In this document: positions 46,128-58,300 of the stretch, piece after piece
Layout of the letters: every line of letters begins with the position of its first letter
How positions within the stretch are numbered: the first letter of the stretch is position 1
Assembly (NCBI GenBank): GCA_051294375.1
Contig: CM119266.1
Span: 4,447,866-4,511,865, forward strand
DNA length: 64,000 nt
Direction: 5' to 3'
Source: Paraspadella gotoi
Lineage: Eukaryota; Animalia; Chaetognatha
Notes under the pieces: model-generated
Database searches by the model: none
What the model was told of the DNA's origin: nothing
Seen by the model: only the letters and a program-made list of their open reading frames with translations
Translations under genes and position numbers: made by a program

Positions 46128-46712
46128 GTAAATTAGTTTTTACTGAATCATGGATTGATTGATAAAATGATTGTTTCATTCATTGATAAAAAAATTATTA
46201 AAAAAAGTTACTAAGTTTCTTCTGGATTAATTTATAATTATTTTTTACACAATCCATCCTATCTTTCACCATATGCGTCCATCTCCCTCTTTTCCTCTCT
46301 CCTTCTCCCCCTCCCCTTCATCCNNNNNNNNNNNNNNNNNNNNNNNNNNNNNNNNNNNNNNNNNNNNNNNNNNNNNNNNNNNNNNNNNNNNNNNNNNNNN
46401 NNNNNNNNNNNNNNNNNNNNNNNNNNNNNNNNNNNNNNNNNNNNNNNNNNNNNNNNNNNNNNNNNNNNNNNNNNNNNNNNNNNNNNNNNNNNNNNNNNNN
46501 NNNNNNNNNNNNNNNNNNNNNNNNNNNNNNNNNNNNNNNNNNNNNNNNNNNNNNNNNNNNNNNNNNNNNNNNNTATCCGCTACTTTCCTCTCTATTTTTT
46601 CTTCTCTTCATTTTCCACTTATTTTCTCTCAACTAATCAAAAAAAATCATTCGCCGATCAACTTTTAAGTTTCCATTAGCGAAAATCAAACTTCTCTCTC
46701 TCCAGACGACGA

Positions 46713-46740
<28 letters not shown>

Positions 46741-46743
<3 letters not shown>

Positions 46744-47640
46744 CAGAGAAATCTTCCACTTTATTGCCAATCGAAAAAAAAAGTCATTAAATTGATTCGT
46801 TATTTAGATGACGGTTTTCGCGTCGGTTAATGTCGGTATCCAAGGCGACCTCCGTCTGACTTATGACACATGACATGACATGTCGGTCGCCTTCGATATT
46901 TCCATCTCTTGACATCAATATTCTTGTCGGCTGAAAACGTCGGTTTTTGTCGTTCCTTTTGTAACTGTCGTCGTTATGGTCGTCACTGTCTCCTGGTTCA
47001 TCTTTGTCTTCTTTGTCGTCAATGTTGTTGTCGTTGTCGTCGTCGTCGCTGTCTTCCTTGTCATCAAGTCATCTTTTTCGTCTTTATCGTCTTTTGTCGT
47101 CTTTGTCGTCAATGTTGTCGTTGTCGTCGCTGCACATGACGACGATACGGAGACGCGACGACGACCAGAGAAATCTTCCACTTTATTGCCAATCGAAAAA
47201 AAAAGTCATTAATTGATTCCGTTATTTAGATGACGGTTTTCGCGTCGGTTAATGTCGGTATTCACAGGGCGACCTCCGTCTGACTTATGACACATGACTA
47301 CTACAGTCGGTCGCCCTTCAGATATTTTCCATCTCTTGACATCAATATTCTTGTCGGCTGAAAACGTCGGTTTTGTCGTTCCTTTTGTAACTGTCGTCGT
47401 TATGGTCGTCACTGTCTCGCTGGTCATCTTTGTCTTCTTTGTCGTATATGTGTTGTCGTTGTCGTTCGTCGTCGCTGTCTCCTTGTCATCAAGTCATCTT
47501 TTCGTCTTTTATCGTCTTTGTCGCTTTGTCGTCAATGTTGTGGTTGGTCTCGTTTCGTCGCTGTCTTCCTTGTCATCATATCTCTTGTATACTTTCTCGT
47601 CTTTTGTCGTCTTTCGTCGTCGTCTTTTTGTCCGCCAATT
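46741..47640 (+). repeat. Tandem duplication of a ~423 bp unit (starts 46741 and 47164)
   Basis: Both units start gaccagagaaatcttccactttattgccaatcg and end in GTC/TTC-rich low-complexity sequence; the pair lies between two N gaps. Confidence 0.9.
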
Positions 47641-47970
47641 CGCTTCAGGAGCCGAAAATATTTCTGTCGAATTAAAAACATTANNNNNNNNNNNNNNNNN
47701 NNNNNNNNGCTTCAGCTGCGTTTATAAACTCATTTTATTGATTAAATTTCTATTTATAGACCATCCAAAGTAATTTACAGTTTCAATTTATGTACATTTT
47801 ATTTATGTATATTTTCACCTCATGATTTGACAGAAATTCATAGTAATTCAAGTAATTGATAATCTTCTTTATAAGAATTTTTTGGAGATTACGTCTTTTC
47901 ATTGGTTATGTTATAAGTTGTTGTCATGGGTAACTAAAAACCCTTTCCATAGAAAAAATAAATATATATA

Positions 47971-48045
<75 letters not shown>

Positions 48046-48363
48046 ACAAATAAAAAAATTTTAAAAAAAAATTAAAAAAAAAAAAAATAATAAATAAAGA
48101 AATAAATAAATAATTAATTTTTATCAGGTTTGTCCCAACTTAAATTATTGTGATCATTCAGAATGCTATCCATGTTTGACTTGACCCAAAAAATCCTAAG
48201 ACATAAAAATATTTTCTAACCTAACGCTTTAACAATGAACCCTCGTGCGTTTTAAACGGAAACGACTGTAGGCTTAAACGGCGAGTGAACAATTTTGCGT
48301 TGGAAGCGTAATCGACTGTAGCCTTAAGCGGATGGAGGCTATGGACTCTGAGGGGCAAAGATC

Positions 48364-48389
<26 letters not shown>

Positions 48390-48397
<8 letters not shown>

Positions 48398-48965
48398 TTA
48401 TAGAGCCAAGCAGTCTTAAACGTACATGGAAGGAAATATTTTGGAATATCCATGCAATGGAAAATGATGCGAGACAAAACGTTTTAATTGAGCGAGACAG
48501 TAGGAGAATTCCTTTTATAGATAAAATAAACAAAAACCAATAACAAAAAGAAGAAATGAGCTGGAGAGTTGGGAAAGTTTGTCACAGCGGCTTAAAGGTT
48601 TAAGATATAACTTCACGAAAAGCTTAAATAAGTCTGTTAAGTCGAGACGATTATTCTTAAAGGACATTGATATATTCAAGCCTTTACAAAATTATCAACT
48701 CATGCGAGTTGAGCTTGATGTGATTGATTCACTCTGTCAGTCGAAAATAACATGAAATAAGTTTAAGACTTTTTCAAAATGATTTCTTGCTTTTACTCCG
48801 ATATAATAAGGACAAATTCAATTATTCCTTTAGATTATAAAATCTATTAAAATAATGTTTTTCCGCTGGTTTTTATTTGTGAAATTAAAGGGGAAAATCA
48901 AAAGAATTAATCAATACTGCGGTTATTTATCTCAAAAACTTTTTTATCTTCCAACTCTGCAATAT
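48390..48965 (+). repeat. ~580 bp block duplicated at ~59425-59995
   Basis: Shared sequence agagccaagcagt..cgtacatgg..atgatgcgagacaaaacg..catgcgagttgagcttgat..tatcttccaactc. Confidence 0.9.
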
Positions 48966-49059
48966 GCAAATAAGTATTTTGAAAGAAAAGATATTAGAGA
49001 AAACGAAATAGTGTGTGTCTGTGTGTGTGTGAGAGAGAGAGACAGAGAAAGAGAGAGAC

Positions 49060-49133
<74 letters not shown>

Positions 49134-49279
49134 GAGAGAGAAGATAAAGAGAGAAAAAGAGAGAGAAAGAAGAAAGGCAGTAGAGTCAGAAACCTAGCTG
49201 GTTTTTTCTTTTTTCTTTCCATCAAAGAACTTTATCGTTTTCTATTTTCTTTTTCTTTAACCCTTCACTCTCTCTCTCT

Positions 49280-49311
<32 letters not shown>

Positions 49312-49864
49312 ACTCTCTCTCTTCTCTCGTCTCTCTCTCTCTCTCTCTTCTCAATTCTCACACAATTAAAAAAAAGTCTTATCCTATCCTGAGCCATCCT
49401 CTTTCATTTATGATCTTTTCATTTTATTTTCGTCTTTCTTTCTTCTTTTCTTTTCCACATTTCTCCAGGCTCCTTCTCAACCCTCTCCTCCTCTCTCCCC
49501 CCACCCTCTCCCTCTCTCTCCCCCCCCAAATATTTTAGGCGATTAATCTCTCTCTCTCCTCCGCTGGCTTAAAGTCAAACGCCGGCTTTTGATGAGTCGA
49601 GGCCCGAAATCCCGAGCGCCGCTTAAACTGTTTTTCGAGGTGCGCACGTGATGGTAGGGACGCCGCAGGGGGTTGGCGGGTTGGGGTAGTTTAGTGGGGG
49701 GGGGGGTTGTGGAGAAAGGGTGGTTTTGATGTTTGGGTGAGAGGAAAAGTCATGTGACTGATGGGTGTTGAAGGAGTGAGGTTTTAGAGCTCTCTTTTCC
49801 TGAGAGCGCCCCATTTCTGTTTGTTTTTCCCAAAATTATTAATATCACAATCTAACTTAAGTTA

Positions 49865-50182
49865 AATATATTCCTAAACTTATAACCAATCCTAACTAAT
49901 CTTTGACCTTAATCCATAACTAATACTTAACCCTCACTTTAAGCCTAAGCCTAAAACCTCACCCTATAGCCCTTGTAAATAAAAATAATCCTAACCCTTA
50001 ACGAAAAAAACTAATCTTAACCCAAATCTTTAAACCTAATTATAAACCAAGTTTCTAACCTTAATCACCTAATCTAATCCATAACTAATACCTAATCTAA
50101 TCCCTAATCTAATCCCTAACCTTAATCACCTACTTAATCTCTAATCTAATCCAAACCATAACTTTAACCTAATCTTTAACTA
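49865..50182 (+). repeat. Degenerate (CTAACC/CTAATC)n hexamer tract; an opposite-strand analogue lies at 15150-15310
   Basis: Recurring ctaacc, ctaatc and ttaacc units. Confidence 0.7.
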
Positions 50183-50598
50183 AAAATATAAATATTTCCG
50201 AATTTGAGAATAAATTTGGGGCATTTTTGGGAAAGAAAGACCAAAAAGGGGGCGTTTGGAAAATATGGCGGTTTGGGAGTGACCGTTTAAGGGCAGGAGG
50301 CAGTATGTTGTTTTGAGTGTGTTTCAACTGTGTGTTAAAAGAAGAGGAGAGAGCTGGATGTGATTGATGCGGGGCTGTGGGATCGAGGGCGTGACAAAAG
50401 TGGTATTAGTGATAGAAGTCATAAAAACAATAGAAGTCATAGAGCGAAAGTCGCGACATGTGAAGACAAATGTGATTTTGGTGCCAAGAAAAAAAAGTTG
50501 GAGAGAATATTTTCGAGTCGAGTGGATTTTGATAATAAATGTTGAGGACGAGGAAACGTAAAAAGATTTATTGAAAAATAAATCTAAATCTTAGATTT

Positions 50599-50655
<57 letters not shown>

Positions 50656-50657
50656 AG

Positions 50658-50714
<57 letters not shown>

Positions 50715-50716
<2 letters not shown>

Positions 50717-51110
50717 CTAGCCGGCAGGGTGAGGCAGGAAGGTCGGCAAGATGATCAGTCGATGATCGGGCGGCGTTCTTTCTCCTAACGGCGCTCCTTC
50801 ACCGGCGCTCTTATTTTCCTCTTCCGCGGCTTCAGTCGCCTAAATCTCGATTCTCCTGATTATCGACTCTCGATGCGAAGCGATAATCGGCGCGTTAGGC
50901 CGCAATGAGCGCCGATGGCGTCGTGCGGCGTCGGGTGGCGGCGTGAAACTGCGCCCGTGTCGGTGACAACGCCGCTTCCGCCGCCGCCACCGCCGCTGCC
51001 CCGCGTCAGCCGACGTCTCGGAAATCTTTTGACTCGATCCTTTTTTTGTCGTCAAAAAGCGGTCGCACAGTAGATTTTGGAGGAGCGATGTGGTCGTTGA
51101 GGCCACAGGT
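50715..51110 (-). CDS. Candidate frameshifted 5' coding exon of Gbx (poly-Gly tract plus eh1-like remnant)
   Basis: GC/CpG-rich island on the same strand upstream of Gbx. One frame reads [16 protein letters not shown]. At 50879-50858 the minus strand TTC-GC-ATC-GAG-AG-TCG-ATA-ATC reads FSIESII if two small indels are corrected. There is no intact ORF or clear splice donor. Confidence 0.35.
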
Positions 51111-51777
51111 GTGATTTTTCTATTTTTTCCGTGTGATATTTCGATTAGTAAATATCAATACTTGAATAACTTTATATGTTGTAAATATAAAGTAAAATTT
51201 CGATTTTAAAATTGTTCTTCTACTTTTAGGCATTATATTTATTATTAGTTAATTTCTTATTAACTTAATCTTTAAAAGAGCAAGAACAAACGAGTCTACC
51301 ACAAATTTTTAAAATTTTAAATTTTTAAAAAATAAAGAAAAAAAAAGTTGCCGATAAAAGTCGAGGGTCGATGTCATTTAGTTGAGATGACGAAGACGAC
51401 GAAACGATGACATAGAGATGACAAGACGAAAGACGACGAAAACGCATGACGATAGAGATGAAACGACGAAATAGTCTATGTTATTTTTCTACCGAAGAAA
51501 ATAAACTTTATCTCCCATGTAAAAAGTCGACCCCATTTTGAAAAATCGTCGTCTCGCTCTCTCACCTTGCGTTTTCTCTCCTCCCCATCTGCACTCCCAC
51601 AGTCGCAAATCTCATTGTCTCACTCCTCTATTCCCTCTCGATCTCAACAGTCACCTCTCTCTCTCTTCGTCTCATCTCGCTCTCCCCTCCGTTCTCGTAT
51701 TCTTCCCAATCACGTTAAATGTTTCCTCTCGTTCCATCCACTTTTTTTCGATCTCTCGCCATCGCGTCGCTTCATTT

Positions 51778-51813
<36 letters not shown>

Positions 51814-51814
51814 T

Positions 51815-51850
<36 letters not shown>

Positions 51851-54849
51851 TCTCTCGTCTCGTTTCTCTCCTCTCTTTTCCCCCCTCGGCATCATCGGCT
51901 CGATAAACTCGTGCACCGAACGCCTTCCGTATCCGCCACCTGATGACTCTGACCAACGGAGAGGCGGATCCGACACCTGATGTCCGGTAAAGAGAAGACA
52001 AACGCTCTCTTTGTCGATATCTGTAATAGACAAGTTTTCTTGCAATCGTTGTAACATAGACGTATTACCTATAATGTTTCTTATTTTAAAAACAATTTTC
52101 ACGATATTCACACAAATTATAGAGGAGAAATAACAATATTAAACAAATATTATTTATGAGTTTTGACGCCCTGCGAATGATAATATGCAATGAGGCTTCG
52201 AACGAGGCTCGTATCCCAAACATACATGCGGCTAAACACCTGAAGTTAAAGGTCTCATTTAAAACATCCGGAACTTAACGATGGTAACACTTTTATAAAC
52301 TTAAAACATTACTCTTGCCTAAAAAACGAAAAAGGTTTTAAAGTTAAAACAATATAACACCGAATTTCTTCCTTTCTATCCCATCTTGAAACACATCGGG
52401 GACCCTTTCCTCGTCCCCCCCCACCCCCCCTTCGATTTTCAGTTTCCAAAGTTCTTTCAATGCCCAGGAATTGACGGCGCATAAGAAGAAAACGGCAGAT
52501 GCACCCGACGCGGGTTGATCGTCGTCCGTCGTCGTCGTCGTCGTCGGGCCTCGCCTCTTTCTCCCTCTTTGCAACCATAGCCTCGGCACCATGGATCAGC
52601 TCGTGGCTGGTGAAACTCGAGACCATATCTGCGCCATAATCGGTTTCCTGATGGTCGAACGTTATTGTTGTCATCAAACGGGATGGTCATCGTTTTGTTT
52701 CTTCGTCGTCATCGTCGTCGTCATCGTCGTCGTTGTCGTCCTCGTCTCATTGATCGGTCGATTTGTAATCACTCTCCTTTCTTTCTTTTAAAACAATTTA
52801 CTACTAACTAAATAAAACTAATTAGTTGTCAGTTTTCTCTGCATACAATATATTCCCTTATTTGGTTTTGTTTAAAAACTAAAACTGTAAGACAAAGAGG
52901 CTAAACTCTTCAAATTATTCTTTTATCTCTTTCTGCCATCAACAACGACCCGACCATGTTGCCTGAACCCGTTGTCTACAGTTCACTGCATCGCCATTGT
53001 TGCTTTTTTGTCGCGACTACCAATGTTCTCTCCTCTTCTGCTTTTGCTCTACCCATGCCCAATGCATTCCAATGAATTGTTTCTGTTGGTTGTTTTTTTC
53101 CCCTTGTTCTTTAGTATCCTTTTGTCTTCTCTCACCTTGTCCTTCAACACTTGTCTTTGGTTTCTCTCCCTTGGTCGTCTCTTTATTGTTATAGTCCGCT
53201 TAGGTCCCTACTTCCCTCTCTCTCTCCTCTCTTCTTTCTCTCTCCTCTCTTCTCCTCTCTCTCTCTCTCGTCTCCTCTGCGTCTTTCTGCTCTATCTCTC
53301 ATCTAGTCTAATCTTTCATAGCATCTTCCTCTATCTTCCTGCTCTCTCTCTCTCTGTCTCCCTCTTCGTTATCCTATGTTTACAAATGCTGCCGCTAACT
53401 ACTAGAGCTGATAAGCAGGGACGACTTCACTCTGAGGCGATAGCTTGTTCCTACCTGCGAGCGAGAGAAGTGAGGAGGATGCCAGAGGAGGATGAGGAGA
53501 GGAGGAGAGGTAAAGAAAAAAGAACGAGAGCAGAGAATGAAAAATAAAAATGGGAAAAAGGGAAGAAGAGAGAATGGAAGACATGGTCAGTACCGTCGAT
53601 TAAAATATTCTCGTCAGTAGATCAATAGAATGATGACAATCGTGATGACACTGAGAGATAAACGATATGTAACGCTGAAAGTGACCGTTGCCTCCAACTG
53701 TACATAATGTCATGGTCAAAATGTCAATGTCAAGAGAAAAGAGAAACAAGCACACAACGCCCAGTGACGCGATGCCATCCACGCAAGCGAAAACCAGAAT
53801 CTTTGATCGACATCAATGAACAAAAAAAAAATTCAGTCGAACGTCTCGCTGAAGACGCACGATCGAGGAGCGACACTGATGACCAGAAAGAAGGTCTCTC
53901 CGTCTATATTTGACAAGAGAGAACATTTGCGCCACAACACAACGAGGCGATTCCTTCCGTCGATTTGCCTCAGAGAACTAAAAATCGAGTAAATAGAGTT
54001 AAGGGCGACGAAGCGCTGTCAGTAGAGAGACGTGGGTGGAATGTTAAACTGTGTCGTCTTGTTTGTGATTGTCGGGTAGTGGTAAGTCGGGTAAGTCGCG
54101 TGGGGGAGAGAAGAGGGCAGGGTGGGTGGTGACGGATGAGGAGAGAGGGGATGAGAGATGAGAGGGAGAGAGGGATACGTAAGCAAGAATTGGCTGGAAT
54201 TATAAATTTATGCTGTTTTATGATTTATAATCTTAATATATTTAAATTTACTATTCATAAAAATTGAATCAATCGATAGAGATCAAGCCCATCCCAATAC
54301 TCAATAACCTATGAATCCATGCAATCACTAAATACCAGAGATTTAAATTACTTTTTGTTCATTGTGATTAAACTAGTTTGAACTTAATGGATTTGCGGTT
54401 TCTTAATTTAAACTAACTCCTAAATTGCTGATTTTATCTAAAACAACTCACGTGTTTCTCTCTCTTCTTCTCTACTCTGCTCTCTCATTCTTCTCTTCTC
54501 TCTTCTCTTTCTACATCCTTCATCTCTCTTTCTTCCTCTCTTCTCCTTCGTCTCACTCCTCCACTCGTCTCTCTCTCTCTCAGTCCTCTCTCTCTTCTCT
54601 CGTCTCTGCTTTTCTCTCCTTTTCTCTCTATCGCTAATGAGTTCGGACAAACAGCTTCTTCCTTCCTCGTTGCGAAAAAAAAGAAAAAAAGAGAAAAGAA
54701 AGAAGAAAGAAAGAAAGAAAAGAAAAAGAAAAGAAAAGAAAAGAAAAGAAAAAACAACACAAAAAAGAAAAGAAAAGACAAGAAAAAGATAAGAGACAAA
54801 AAAGAAAAGACAAGAAAAGACAAAAGAAAAGAAGAAAGAAAAAGAAAAG

Positions 54850-55331
54850 AAAGCCCAAGCCTCGACGACTTTTTTGTGAGACTCACTTTTTTTTCTCTTT
54901 TTGGTCACAAGGAGTCGATGATGAGAGGGGTGAGCGTTCTGATTGGTCAAACTATCAGAGATCAGGTCTCTGATTGGTCAACAGCTCCGAAGATTGACTC
55001 CCAGCTGATGTGATGACTTTCGAATGTTGAATGTGAATTTGAGAGAAAAAAGAAAAGAGATTTTATGGTGAAGCTTATAAATTGAAAGATGTGATGTTAT
55101 GCAAGTTGACAACAACCAATGTCTTTAAAAGTTCAGTGGAAAATGACCAATTGACTTCAAAAAGGGAAAAAGGGAAAGTAAGTTCTCTCTCTCTCTTTCT
55201 CTCTCTCCCTCTCATCTCTCTCTCTTCTCTCTCTCTATCCTTCGTTTCTCACTCTCTCTTAATCTCTTCCATACTTAACGCCTCACCTGTTCCAGCATAA
55301 CTACCGCACCCAAATCTCTCTTCTCTCTCTC

Positions 55332-55387
<56 letters not shown>

Positions 55388-58300
55388 CTCTCTCTCTCCT
55401 TCCCTCTCTCTCGTGATCAAAACATGTCCTGGAATCTTTCTCCGTTTCTTTTCTTCACGCTCACATTTTGCTGGTTCTCATCCGTCGATCGGTCGTCGTC
55501 ACGCGTCGTCAGATCATTTTCATTCTCACTGCGGATTTTCACTCAAAACCAGAGATCATCACCTGATGTGGTTCGTCGTCGGTCAACCTTCGTTCGTCAT
55601 GCATCGTCATTGCCTGTAATCGTCATTGTAATCATCATTATCCATTGCGGTACCTCATAATTTGTCATCATCATCTTAAAATGATAAAAAAAATTGCCTC
55701 ATCATCTATATGTCATCTTCATAATTATCAAATCGGGATAATTTTCATAGAATCTTCAAAATAGATTAACACATCAAAATTGTCAGCAAATTCGTCTTTA
55801 TCATTAATATCAAAGTTATTCATAAATAGTAATCATCGCCACGTTGTTTCTTCTTGTTCAGATTATCATAATTTTTAACATAACTAACATTATAAGACTC
55901 ACACCCTTAATAAATAAAATTGAATGGAAGTTCTTTTCAATCGATTTATGGTAATTTCTTGTAGTAGAGCTTTAAAAGCTCGTTCAATATAGCTATTTAA
56001 AGGATTCCGTTTTTGGTTCTACAATATGCAACCATATTAACACACTTTAATAAAGGCTTGACCTAAGTCTGTTGACAGTCAAAGTAAATCTAAAAAAAAA
56101 TTAAATGTTATCTTTCTCAGAGCAAAAACGACTCCTTTACGATCAATTGTTTAAAAACAATAAAAACTATTAAGTCTTAAATAGTTTGTTTTGATTATAA
56201 AAATACGTTTATCTAAATTTTCTCACAACTTTTGCACTACAAACTATCAATAGAGAATAGTGTTTTTTTGAAATGAAATCGATTTCCAAATACTGCTATA
56301 TGCAAATAAGATTATGCGTCACCTCGCAAGTATGGTTAAAGTTTACTACTGTCTGAATTTATAGTTTTATTTGATAAGCGGTTATTAATTGCTTTTTATC
56401 ACGAATAAATAAGGACTAACGGTAGGGCAGAGAGGATGTGAAAGAAACAAAAAAAGTGCCCTAATGAAAAATATAAAATCTTAAAGTATACCCATGAGAC
56501 ACTTAATGTGGTAGGTCAGTAAAATTCGATAAAGCAGGATTTTTTTTTTAAATGCTAATTAAAGTTTTTGAAAAGGAAAACTAAAAAAAAAAAACAAGAA
56601 TAACGTAAAAATGAACGAAAAAACAACAGAAAATGTCGTTCATTTATATTAAACACATCTTATCAACAAAAACAAAAGAAAACAAAAGAACGTTTCCATT
56701 CAAGAAAAAAAAAAAACGAGGTCGATCGCTTCTCGAAATTCTAAAAAAAAGGTCGCGACGTCTCTGTCTCCATCAACTGCGACCACACTCCGCTATCGGA
56801 GTCCCACTCTTTCCCTTCCCCCAGCACTCCCTTCAACCCACTCCCCACCCACCCAGCCACCCCACAATCCAAGCGGCCTACCCAAAAAGGGGTCAACCTC
56901 CGCCGCGGTTTTTATAACTGCACAGGACGTTTGTTCTGGTTTATCGACGACGAAGAGAGGGGGGGGGAGCGGGGGGGGAGGGGGGAAGGGGGGGAGGGGG
57001 ATAGTTGGTGGAGGTGGGCGATTTAGGGGGTTGGCTGAAAGTGGGGGTTGATTAATAGAGAGATTTAGGTAGAGATCTTATGGTGAAAAAATGGAGAATA
57101 TTTGCTTTTACTATTTACCTATGTACTATATACATTTTATATAGATGAACAGTAAAAGCTTTATACATATGTGTGTGTATAAATATTTCTCTCTCTGATC
57201 TCTCTCTCTTTCTCATATAAGAGAAAGTGTCTACGCTCCATTTCTGTCCACGAAAAGCTTAAAGCCTTTTCAATTTTATTAAGCCAATAGTTGAAGTAGA
57301 TTTTATTACTCGATAGTTAATAAATTTTAGAATAAGAATTAGTTCAATTATTCTAAAAGAACTTTGGTCGTAAGCGTATGAAAGTATTAGAATTAGCAAC
57401 AGTGAGTGCATCAATAATGATAGAGAGATAACTATTCCTAACCGATTTTTTAAAATCAGAATGACCCTAAGAATTAAATGAGACACTCGAAAGTAGAATT
57501 TTTACAGTTAGAAATCAATTGTTTTAAAAAGCCATTTCGTAAACACTGCCATATAGTATATAAATATTTCTATCTCTAGNNNNNNNNNNNNNNNNNNNNN
57601 NNNNTTTTAAAAATCGGTTAGGAATAGTTATCTCTCTATCATTATTATTATCATCTCACTGTTGCTAATTCTAATACTTCAAAATACGCTACGACCAAAG
57701 TTCTTTTAGAATAATTGAACTAATTCTTATTCTAATAATAATTAACTATCGAGTAATAAAATCTACTTCAACTATTGGCTTAATAAAATTGAAAAGGTTT
57801 AAGCTTTTCGTGGACAGAAATGGAGCGTAGACACTTTCGTCTTATATGAGAAAGAGAGAGAGATCGAGAGAGAAATATTTATACACACACATATGTATAA
57901 AGCTTTTACTGTTCATCTATATAAAATGTATATAGTACATAGGTAAATAGTAAAAGCAAATATTCTCCCATTTTTTCACCATAAGATCTCTACCTAAATC
58001 TCGTCTATTACATCAACCCCACTTTCAGCCAACCCCTAAATCGCCCACCCTCCTCCAACTATCCCCCTCCCCCCCTCCCCCCTCCCCCCCCGCGCCCCCC
58101 CCCCCTCTTCGTCGTCGATAAACCAGAACAAACGTCCTGTGCAGTTATAAAAACCGCGGCGAGGTTGACCCCTTTTTTGGGGGGCCGGTTGGGTTGGGGG
58201 TGGCTGGGTGGGTGAATGGGGGTTGAAGGGGGCTGGGGGAAGGGAAGAGTGGGACTCCGATAGAGGAGTGAGTCGCAGTTGATGGAGACAGAGACGTCGC

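Noticed and set aside
48855-49538. 227 aa ORF and the many other ER/SL/DD-repeat ORFs
   Set aside because: They are translations of (GA)n, (TA)n, (CT)n and (GAC)n microsatellites.
49865-50182. Telomere or interstitial telomeric array
   Set aside because: Too degenerate, with no run of perfect TTAGGG or TTAGG units.
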